64,000 nucleotides of DNA, from the NCBI GenBank assembly GCA_000165425.1, contig CT868174.1, forward strand, positions 124,001-188,000. The letters run 5' to 3'. Origin of the DNA: Paramecium tetraurelia (Eukaryota). Numbering within the stretch: the stretch's first letter is position 1; the number at the start of each line of letters is the position of its first letter. The notes under the pieces were generated by a model that worked only from the letters and a program-made list of their open reading frames with translations, had not been told where the DNA came from and did no database searches. The position numbers and the translations under genes are program-made. Of this stretch, positions 53,321 to 64,000 are shown in pieces.

Positions 53321-54568
53321 ATGAAAAGGTATATTGTGTATCTGTACCAATACAAGGTCCGACTCAAGTTCATCAGATAGATCCTCCAAGTAATACATCA
53401 TGTTAATGCTTTAGGAAAAAAGCCAAAAGAGAGCATCGAAAGAATTCAAGTTCATCGAGCAGCTCAAGAAGTACATTTAGCAGTTAAATTGTCCTAGGAG
53501 ACAAGAAGAAGAAACAGAAAAAAGAGAAGAAAGAGAAGAAGGAAAAGATTTCATAAAGTAATTCGAACTTTGTGAATTTAGATATTGTGGCATCATAAAA
53601 GTTGTATATAATTGTGATAGTTTAGAACTTAAAGATCAAGATCTAGATCTAAGTCGAAATCAAAGTCTCATTCAAAATCAAAACCAAAGGATGACCCAAA
53701 CATAATAAAAAAAGGAAGGGGTCATATGAATAGTTACCTTTTGTAAGTTTATTCTTGATTTTAATAAGTGGTTGGAAGAATGAAGATTTTAGTTAAGCTA
53801 ATTCCTATTTGAAAAAGTAATCAATCAATCTGTCATTATTTATTAGAATTGATTACAGTATTAGGAAAAAAAACTAACCACCTCCAACAAATAAACCTTA
53901 AGAACAGGGATAAACAACAAATGATGTGAATGTTAATTTAGAGAAAAAAGCAGATGATTAATAAGTATGATTATTAGTTCTTAGATTTAATAAGGTGGAA
54001 AGAAGAAACTATAATTAAGGAAACTATCGTAGATTTAACAATTCTTAAAATAGAAGATTCGATAAAAGAGATAGGCGTGATTATGATAGAAGCCAAAAGA
54101 ATGATAGGAATGATAGAAACGACAGGAATGATAGGAATGATAAAAATGAAAAAAATGACAGAAATGATAGGAATGATAGAAATGATAGGAATGAAAGGAA
54201 TGATAGGAATGAAAGGAATGATAAAAATGATAAATATGAAAGAAATGAAAGAAATGACAGAAATGATAGAAACGAAAGAAATGATAAAGGTGACAGGAAT
54301 GATAGAAACAACAGTTTCAATAGAGATAGATATAGAAATAGATTCAATGATAGAGATAGAAATAATAGAGATAGAGATCAAAAAGGAGATGATAGAAGTA
54401 ATAATTATTAATTTAACATATAAGATTAGAGAAACAATTAATATCATTCTAAATGGATTCACGATTAGTATGAAAAGAATAAAGATTAAAGTCCAAATAA
54501 CAACGTATTAATTCTTTTCTTCTATATTTTAGCAAGTTAAACCTAGAGGATCCCCAATCTACAAATGA
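53321..54568 (+). CDS. SR/RD-rich low-complexity protein
   Basis: S/K/R-rich N-terminus (RSRSRSKSKSKS) and an RND repeat block; several tiny introns; TGA at 54566. Confidence 0.7.
54085..54310 (+). repeat. coding 9-bp minisatellite (AGR AAT GAW; R-N-D/E), about 22 units
   Basis: Tandem units such as aatgatagg / aatgataga / aatgaaagg. Confidence 0.9.
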
Positions 54569-54607
54569 GTAAGATAAATATGCATATATATTTTATAAAT
54601 ATATTAT

Positions 54608-56701
54608 TCAAATAGTCTTCATGTCTATCAATCCTTAACAGAAGTCTTTTGGTTTAACAATATGAGTTGAGCCAACCAACTTTGATAAATATGAATTATC
54701 TTACAGTAATTTAAGAACTAGTAATTTTTTGATTACTTAACAGACTTCTAATTTCTGAATAACTAATTCCCCCAATTACAAATATAATCTATTAAATATA
54801 AATAATTTACTAATTTAGGAGTGTAATTGATAGTGTCATCACTATCATCAGTTTGTATCATTCTGGCCAATTGTCCTCCTTTTCTAATTGATTTTCCTCC
54901 ACCTTTGCTCCCAACACCATCCTCATTTATAATTATAGAATCGAATTTCTAAGGTTTTTTGTAATTAGATTCAATATAGCTTTCCACTAAAGTTTCAATC
55001 AATGGAGTATTTCTAGATAGCTCAGTACAAGCACTGGCCAATTTATGTTTAGCTTATTTTTTTAAATCGTCATTGACTCTATTAGAAGATTTAGACTAAA
55101 GATTAATTTCATATAATCTACCTTTTTCTGCCCCCCTTTTTAAGGATTGACACCTAAATAAATTAAATTTAAGATTGCTTATTGGTGTTCAACTTTAATT
55201 TTATCAGTTAATATCTTTCTGTCTTTTTCTGACATTTCCAAACCGATGGAGGCTACAATTTTATTTATAACTTACTTAATAAGATTAGTCTTAATTTATC
55301 ATAGTCATCCAGTGTTTCACTCATCAATTTAGTTGCAACAGCACTTTAAATCTTAGTGGTTGAAATACTTTTGCCAGACCCATCAATACCAGTGATTAGA
55401 CTTTGCTCAATCTCTCCTATTTCTTTAAGACCCTTATTTTCAAAGATTGACCAACTCTTTTCAATTAGTTTCTTAATTCAATTTTAAATCTTTTACCATA
55501 TGCAAGGTGTATTTTGCTAATAATTCATTATATTAAGGCAATGTCTTAACGATTTCTGACATCTGATTCAAATCTAAATTATTCAATTATCCTTAATGCA
55601 CTTTGGCAGTCGTGTTGTTGTGTACGAATTCTCTAAATTCTGAAGGGATTCCTTCCAACACCTGTATAATGTGTCGATATCTTTAATAAATAAATATTGT
55701 ATTTACTTATATCTATTGAATAAATCATCATTTTCATTAAATATTACTTTCTGTTTAATTTATTTGCCAGCTGCTTCTACTTCAGTTTCATATATGTCAT
55801 TTGTTATATCTAATAAATCATAGATCATGGATTGGTAATAAAAATCATGTAATAATGGAGTAGCTACGTCATATGATCGATCTATTATCATAACGGTTAT
55901 CTTTCCAGCTTCTTTTTCAATGTTATCATACTACTCATTTTTCTACTTTACAAAAGAAGCTAGTAATTCTTGTAACCTTGCTGCTGCTAATTTTGCGACT
56001 TGTTCTGATAACCTATTCTCCGCTTAATTATATAAGAATTCAAAGGAATAAAATTTGTTAAATGATATTAGTAAGGTTGACAATTTATATGAAGCTTCTT
56101 TCAATTATTATTAAATATCTAAAAAATCTTCAAAACTAATTTACTTTATTATGTAAAGGCTTTTGTAAGTATTTCTGGGGTTTCAATTGTAAATACCTAA
56201 TCTGAAGTACATGCAAAATCTAAATTCACTATTTTGAAAGAGGCAATTTTAGTTATTAGCTAGTTACCTATAAAATTTATATATGTATTCCATACATTAA
56301 GCTATTTTTTGCATTAATCCTTGATCTATTTCATTTGATAAAAATATATGAACAACACCATATTGAGGATTCTTTTTATCTTTGAAATCGTCCAATAATC
56401 TTTAGATCGACTCTTATGTTGGAGAAATAAAATATATTGCATGTAATTTTGGAAAAGGCTTTCTCCCCAACTCCAATTTCTCAACAGCACTTACTCCCAA
56501 TTCCATTAATCTAAGCATTCAAAGTATAAAATACTCCGCCAATTTCATATATGCTGAAACAACTTTTACAGTCCTTTGGTCAACAATCAAAAAATAATTA
56601 GTAACATTAGGATTTGTTTAAATCAAAGAAACAAATACTCCTTTGAGTCTCTATTTGCAGATCTTTCTTAGAGAAAATCCATGGCTTACCCCTTAATCCA
56701 T
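54608..56701 (-). CDS. SEC1: Sec1/Munc18 family protein
   Basis: LIVDQRT..GVSAVEKLELGRKPFPKLHAIYFISP; IIDRSYDVATPLLHDFYYQSM; ELSRNTP; IIFVIGGISYSEIR. Confidence 0.92.
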
Positions 56702-56753
56702 AATAATAAAGAAGAATTTAATTTATTATAAAATAAATTTACAGAGTAAGTAT

Positions 56754-57617
56754 TCAAAAATTTTAAGTCTTCCTTGAATTATGACTATAAGATCTAGGTT
56801 AGTTATTGTTAATCTTTTTATCAGAATTTAGAGCATATGATTTCTATGCACTTGAATTGGTTCCATATTTCTGTGAAATTAATGTCTAGATCATTAGATT
56901 TTAATTTTTTAAGGTACTTATTTCTTATTTTATGCATTGTCTTTCATTCTCAAATTTTCTATCAAATTCTGTAGTTTATTATTTAAGTTTATCTATTTCT
57001 TATTTATATAATTAAAGCAATTGATCTTAATTACGTTCTGGCTAATTCCAATCATTTAATTTTGAATTTTAATTATTTTAGGTAGAAAAGCAATTTTGAT
57101 TTTTATTTCTTTCTAATTCACTTACTTATTTGATCCTTAGGGTTGCCGATTAGTGTAATTACTCTTAGAATTAAAATATTTGTTATTTCAGATTTGTATT
57201 TTCTATTAGTGATAATGATATTTATGATTATTGTTCTTCTATAATGATTTGATATTTGGTTTTCATTAATGAAATCATTTTGTCATGCTTTTATTATAAA
57301 GTTAACAGCTTTTATTAAAGGGATAATTCTTTTTCAGAAAAATCCTATTACTATTTTTATAAGAGCTACCTTAAATGAGAAACTAATTTTAAAAGTTGGA
57401 TTTCCTTACAATCTACTGAACTTGGTAAATATGCTTGATGTTGTTCTTGAATTAGATAAGTATTGCGATTTTCTACTTGAGACTACTAGTTTTATCTTTT
57501 TATCCTTTATTGTAAAGATTCTTAAAATTTGAATTAGGATTCTTCAGAAAATTAAGATACCAACAAGTCCTCAGTGTTGTTATTGCAATTAAAACAGAAT
57601 TAAGAGAGATCACTCAT
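56754..57617 (-). CDS. hypothetical coiled-coil protein
   Basis: Uninterrupted Q-rich code-6 ORF from ATG 57617 to TGA 56754. Confidence 0.65.
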
Positions 57618-57764
57618 TGAAAGTAGTAATACTTAAATAATTAAACTAAAATAATTCAAATAATAAATATTAAATATAAGAAACTTATCACTCAAAGAAT
57701 AGTAATTATAATATGTGTACTTAATGCATAAAATTGTAAATTTAAATAATTAACATTAAATAAA

Positions 57765-59400
57765 TCAATGACCTGCTGCCATAGTTCCACATACAACACA
57801 AGTAACCAAGAATACCCAACTCATACAAAATAATACTTTTATGCCATAATAAAAATATTATTTCTATTTACTTTTGAATCGGTATTTCTTGACCTTCTCT
57901 ACTAATTTGATATAGAATAAACTTGGCAACACAAACTAAATTGAATTACAAAAAACAGCTCCTTTGATATTGAAGACCAATGTGAGATTATCTAAAAATA
58001 TAGCTCCACACATTAACAATACGAAAAGAAGAAGTGTTAACAAATAAAATCGAATTTTTTAGGATCTCTTTTTCAACTTAATTTCTATGAGTTTCTCTTA
58101 TCTTTTTGAATTTGTTTCATCCAAGAATTCTTTATAATTCTTAACATCTTAAACAGTTTTTTTCTCTGAAGTTAGTTGCTTATAAATTTATATGAAGTTG
58201 TTTCTTCCACCAAAGAATAATACAGGCAATGTTAGCGTCGTCGAAATAACAAAAGTGATATTCAAAATAACATAAAGTATTGATCCAACCTCTTAAGATT
58301 TTATACTCTTTAAATAATTCGTTTAGATCTATTAACATATTGAGATATAAGTATACATTATTTCCATATGTAGCATAACCTAAGATGCCAACACAAAGAT
58401 ATAGAAATGAAGCCATAGAATATCCAGTAAACATCGCATAAGTCATTTTTTGGTCAGTTGGATCCTCCATACCTTTAAAAATGGGGAATAAATTGAATTG
58501 CCAATTATAAGCTAAAAGCAATGTTGGAAGTGCAGTCATAGCGTTTTTGAAATTGAATGTAGATGGAATCAACAAAGAAAAACCTAAATAAGTAATTTGA
58601 TCTACCCTCTGGTGTTCCTTCTCTTGTGAAGAAATTGTAAAAGGCCAAGGCAGTAAAGGTGCTAATCGATAGAATTGCAGTTAGACTGACAAATCTGAGT
58701 TTCTCTATGGATTTTACAATTAAGAGAGGTGTAAGAACGAGTCCAAGCATGCAAAGTAAGAAGGGTCTTGATAAATAAAATGGAACCTCGTAGTCATCTC
58801 CTTTATAAAACTTAATTAGCAATTAAGATGCATCTCCAAAAATACTAGTTTATTTGATATAGAATACATCAATTCACTTAAACATGTTGTTATATTGGAG
58901 AGTGTAATAATTAAATTAACTGTGTATATGATCCAACTGTGACGAAATATAAAATATCCAATTGTTGAATAATTACTTTTTTTGCTTAAATTCTTACATT
59001 TAAGTAATACTCTAGAAGCTGTCATACCTAATGAATAGACAATCATCATTATAACAATAGTTAAAATTACACCAAAATTTTTCATCACATTTGGCTAATA
59101 TAGCTATTAAAAGTACAATTCCTAAAATTCCAACTCCAACCATGCTCTTCATAATGGTTATGGATGTCAACAAAAAGGATGCCTTCGATCCCCTTTTTGC
59201 CCATACGGATGATTAACAGTTTGATTCCATGAAACTCTTCTCTATTGCTTCATCACCACTAATTATTTCAACCATAGAAAAAACCTTAATTGTTTAAAAG
59301 GGACTTCATTTTCAGAGCATGGTAAATCAGTTGATAAAGGATATGGATCATAGACATCTTGATAGACAACACTATAGAACGCACTATCATCACTTTTCAT
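57765..59400 (-). CDS. amino acid transporter (AAAP/SLC38 family)
   Basis: ASFLLTSITIMKSMVGVGIL; LRFVS; LLLAYNWQFNLFPI; GILGYATYG; multiple TM segments. Confidence 0.92.
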
Positions 59401-59814
59401 CGTATTATTTTTAAATTACTTAAATTTCTATATGGAGTAATAAAAATTTTAATCAATTACGTCTTTTAATCAAATACTATTAATCTGAGAAATAGATATC
59501 ATTAAAGTCTAGTGTAACAACTGTTGATTTTAATTGATGAGATTATTTTTAGTTTGAGAAATAAAAATCAATATAATCTATTTCCTTTTATTTTTATCGA
59601 AAACTTTGTAATCACCAACACATTTTAAGACTTAAAAGCAATAATTATTTGTTATAAATTTATTTTTTCAATTTAATAAGATAATTCTAGTTAAACTTTT
59701 AGATCATTGAATTGATTATCACTATATACTCTTCATATATTATGAATTAGGTAACTTGTTATGAATTTTTTTTAGTTTATTAGGTTCTTTAAAAATAATT
59801 ATATTTATTTTAGA

Positions 59815-60851
59815 ATGAAATAAAATAACTATATTCGACATGGTTGCACATAAACACCAACTCTCTATCAATTACTTACTTACTTGCTTTACTTTCCAAA
59901 TATGTTAACCTGTTTCTTATTAATATCTTTACTTGATGAATCTGTAAGTGTGTATTTACTATATAGGCTACACATTTTATACTACTAGGACTTTTAACTT
60001 TACTATCTTTGTTCTCTAGTATTAAAACCACTCTTAGTTGTCCAACCGATGATTTTTTAATATAGCAAGTACAACATCGTAGAATGGGGTATGGTTATGC
60101 AATTATATAGAAAACCTTTCAATTATGAAAGTTAAAAGCTAGATTCATATTGTGACATTTGTGATGCGTATGTGAAAGAAAATACAAAGCATTGCAAACA
60201 TTGTAATAGGTTGTTCCAATTTATTATTTTAGATGTTCTCAAGAGTTTGATCATCATTGTAAATGGGTCAATAATTGTGTTGGGAATAAAAATTATAAAA
60301 TTTTTATAATGATGATAACGACAACCATGCTTCAACTCTTTTACACAGCTATTGTTTATATTAGAATTATAAAATTATATAATACTGAGCATGAAAAACT
60401 ATTAATAAACAATGAAATTCAAAAGTTTGTAACAAATTTCATTTAAGTTTAAGCATTTTTATGATGAAAACGATTTAGATATCAAATACACACTCTCAAT
60501 AATTATGCTTGTGGATTCCTCTATTTTTTCTATATTGCTCTTCTAATTATTCATTTTCCATATTTATCTTATGATCAAAGGAATCACCACTTATGAATTC
60601 ATAGTGAAATCTGATATCAAAAGAATAAATCCATAAATTAATGTTCTCAATGTTAAACCTGAAGTATTGCCAAATGGAACTACATAAACAAATTTAAATT
60701 TACAGGTGAACAATAAAAATACGATGTACTTGTTGAAGGGTAACTTTTTAGAATCGAGTTAAATTGTAGTGAATAGTAATTGGCCTAAGAACCTTAAGAA
60801 AAATAGGGCAACTCAACAGATATAGTTTTCAATAATTAGGTCTTAGCATGA
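59815..60851 (+). CDS. DHHC palmitoyltransferase (ZDHHC1/11-like)
   Basis: [54 protein letters not shown]. Confidence 0.93.
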
Positions 60852-60911
60852 AAATATATATATAATTAATAAATTGATGCAAAATTTATTAAGTGAAAAT
60901 CATATCATGGT

Positions 60912-62015
60912 TCAAAATCTCTGTTCTTTAATTGCCTATTGTCTCCAGCTTTCACTAAATTCGTTTAGATTAGCCATAAATTCCTCTTGATATCCTATTG
61001 GAGCTGTTTATGGATTTTTTAAGGAGTTCAAATTTAGAGTCAAACCCAATGCTCCCTTTTTTTATGGATCCTATTACTTTTTAATATAGTAATTATAAAA
61101 TTTTCCGAATGGGGCTGATTCTTCTGACATAATGGATATATTTTCTTCAAAGTTCTTGATATCTGATTGATGTTTTTAGGTTTCAGCTTAATCACCGTGT
61201 TGTTCCATTATTTAGGGATTATTTAGATTCGTGTATCGAAGTGTAAAGAGAAGAGAGTTTAGGGTCTCTTCGGTTTTGATAGTAATTTGCTTCTATTCTT
61301 AGATTCGATCCTAGAGGATTTTTTGCTATTGTTGCAATTCAGAGTTACAGTTTTGCAATTTGACAATTTCATTCATCTAAGAGGTTAGTTTCTATTAAAT
61401 TTATTTAGCCAATATTAAAAACAAGGCTTTGAGATTAGAAAACACATTGACTTTCAATTCTGCTTCCTTTAATTCAAGTTATTCCAAGAGTTCTTAAAAT
61501 TTAGTGAGTGTAATCGAGTCCTATTGCTTCTTGCATTCTTCGGCAGTAAAGATGTCAATTTAGAGAAAGGGTGCTTTAATATTAAATTCTTTGTCCGGTA
61601 ATGTAAAACTTGATGTATCATCAGAGGTATGATATTTTTAGGGTTTGTTAACAATTTTATCTTGGATGATACTTGTTAGATAGCTTTGCGAGAATTATGA
61701 ATGAGATCCTCTAAGAACTATTATTTTAAGATAATAATAGGATATTTACTTTCATCTAATAATTTCTATTTGATGTCAGAGGTTGCTTTAGACTACAATT
61801 TGGAGTGGGCTTTTTAGTTGCTATTGTAGGATCTGTTCAGGTTTTGTTTTGTTGAAGAATTCAATAAATATTTATTTGAACAACATTTAACTTTCGGAGT
61901 ATGATTCCTTTCTTTCGATTTATCAAGAGATGTATGCTAATATAAAATAATTTAAATGATTTACATGTTTTGTCAGTTGATCTAATTCTGATTTAATATT
62001 ACTTTATCTGTTCAT
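60912..62015 (-). CDS. hypothetical coiled-coil protein with C-terminal GYQEEFMANLNEFSESWRQQ motif
   Basis: Code-6 ORF with one intron; TGA at 60912. Confidence 0.7.
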
Positions 62016-62965
62016 TTATTTATTAAATTAATGTTAAATAGCTCGTTATATTTAACAAGATGGAGAAAAAAATAGATTAGAGTTATCAATTTAAATTATC
62101 AAACCAAACGAAATGGAGATATAATCAAGGGCAAACAAGTCATCGATATGCTTTTAAAACTCAATTTATTAATGACTTTATTAAATTATAGAAACATTAT
62201 AAATGTAGACAGAAAGACAGATTATTGTTATTTTATTTTAAACTCTGAATTGATTGGAGTTGTGTAATGTCCTAAATCTATCAATGTTCTCCTCTAAATA
62301 CTAGTGATATTCAATATTTGCAAAGAAATTTTATTCACTAATTAATGTGACTATTTGGTTATTTAATTTTAATTCAGACTTTACTTTTAAGTCATTCACA
62401 AACTTATAAATATGTCTATTATTAAACATCTTTGAATGAAAATTATGAATTTCATTAAATGGTGAAATATGTAGGATAAGTATGATCAAACTGAATGTTG
62501 CAATACTTAGAGAGATAAAAGTGACACAGATTCTCTATCGATGAGATTTCAATATTCTACTCTCAATATTATAGATGAGTTTGTTCGATTAAATGCTAAT
62601 TTCTGACAGAGTTAAAATCTCACTTTTGAATATTTGCCTTATGAAATTTAAATATTTATAAAGATATTAATTAATTAAATTTTATTTCAATATTATCATC
62701 TAATCTATACCCATAATCCTAATTCTAAACTCTATTATTAAAGGATGCAGTTATTCATTAGTCATATGTTGTCATATTATAAATGACTTTACAGGAAAAT
62801 ACATATTAAGTATTTTTTCGATATTTTTCCAATAATCTGAATACTTCTTGAAGACCTTGAGATTGCATCAATATAGATAAGTTTTTTGTATTCATATCGA
62901 TATCGAAGGTTTGATTGATTAACATTGTAAAAGTAATTTCGTTGTAAAATAATTCATAATTAAAA

Positions 62966-64000
62966 ATGAGCAGAGTAAATCTCATTGAAAAGAACTCTGA
63001 TTCTGAGTTAGTTCGCTAAGGGGAGGACGGAGACTTCAAAAATCTGTTTAAACTTGACAATATTCGAGAAGGGGCTTCTTTAGGACTCGTATAATAATTG
63101 GGAGGAGAACAAGGATTGGCAAAAATATTTCAAGTAGATTTGAAGGTACTATTTATTTTTGCAAGTCTAGCGTGGTGTACAAGACGAAGAATAAGCAAGC
63201 ACGCTGAGAAATAGATACGGAGCTAATTTACCTATTGTAAAAGAGTTAACACCTTTATGGAAATTAATTGTAGAGTGTTTGGGTGATACAATGTTGTAGA
63301 TTTTAATTGTAGCAGCAATTGTATCGACAATTTTGGGGATAATCGAAGGTGAAGGTGGATGGTATGAAGGGTAAATTTAGAATTTGATTAGTTAGCTTAA
63401 CTATATTTTTGGCAATCTTCTTGATCATCGGAATTACAGCAGGCAACAACTATGCAAAGGAGAGACAATTTGCTAAATTATAATCAAAGCTGGATGAGGG
63501 AAACGTGTAAGTAAAGAGAGGTGGAAGTGTAATAACAATTAGCAATAAGGATATTGTGGTTGGTGACGTCTTATTATTTTAACTTGGAGATATTTTCAAT
63601 GTAGATGGTGAGTATAACATTTGATTTTAGGACTGTATTTGAGTGGCAGCGAAGTGAAGATAGATGAATCCGCAATGACAGGGGAGTCTGATGAAATGCT
63701 GAAGGCATCACTTGATGTATGTTTGAAGGACTAAAAAGGAAAATCACCATTTTTGATGTCAGGAACCAAGGTTAATGAAGGAACAGGAGTAATGTTGGTG
63801 TTGTAAGGTAATGCGATCAAAAATTGAATTATTTTTAGTGGGTGAGAAGACAGTGCAGAATGAAATGAAGAGATTAGGTGAAAGTGACAGTACACCGACT
63901 CCTTTGCAAGTAAAATTAGAAGCAGTGGCAGAAACTATAGGTAAGGTAGGTGTAATTGTGGCAATATTAACATTCGTTATTCTGTTGGTTCGACTATTCA
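62966..64000 (+). CDS. plasma-membrane Ca2+-ATPase (P2B/PMCA), 5' part
   Basis: LGGEQGLA; ITAGNNYAKERQF; DIVVGD; IDESAMTGESD; SGTKVNEG; TPLQVKLE. Runs off the window. Confidence 0.95.

Noticed and set aside
53974..54511. Three overlapping repetitive ORFs (IIP, MIG, SFL repeats) and a possible CRISPR-like array
   Set aside because: These are alternative frames of one coding 9-bp minisatellite; there are no unique spacers and no cas genes.

Overview
AT-rich, very gene-dense eukaryotic DNA that reads as ciliate macronuclear sequence, most likely Paramecium. TAA/TAG encode Gln (histone H3 reads ARTK-TAA-TARK), TGA is the only stop, and genes carry tiny GT..AG introns of about 20-31 nt. The supplied standard-code ORF track is therefore fragmentary or antisense, and I re-translated genes by hand with code 6. 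About 40 protein genes are present, including a PHD/PZP protein, kinases and a pseudokinase, an MKP1-like phosphatase, an RPAP1-like protein, adenylate kinase, IPK1, PDH E1-beta, centrin, RPL14, AP-4 beta, a MYCBP2-type RING-Cys-relay E3, histone H3, an OSCA/TMEM63 channel, epiplasmin, APE1, three tandem MFS paralogs, Sec1, an amino acid transporter, a DHHC enzyme and a PMCA pump. I found no tRNA, rRNA, CRISPR array or transposon. The main observations are: (1) a RING/IBR-like plus RCR E3 whose upstream relay Cys is Ser; (2) a lipase-fold protein lacking its catalytic Ser; (3) one intact and several decayed MGC-type acylated microprotein genes; (4) recurrent +1 single-base insertions in conserved genes, probably assembly errors; (5) extremely short intergenic spacers. 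Coordinates were counted by hand and may be off by a few bases. Family calls come from motif recognition, not database searches.
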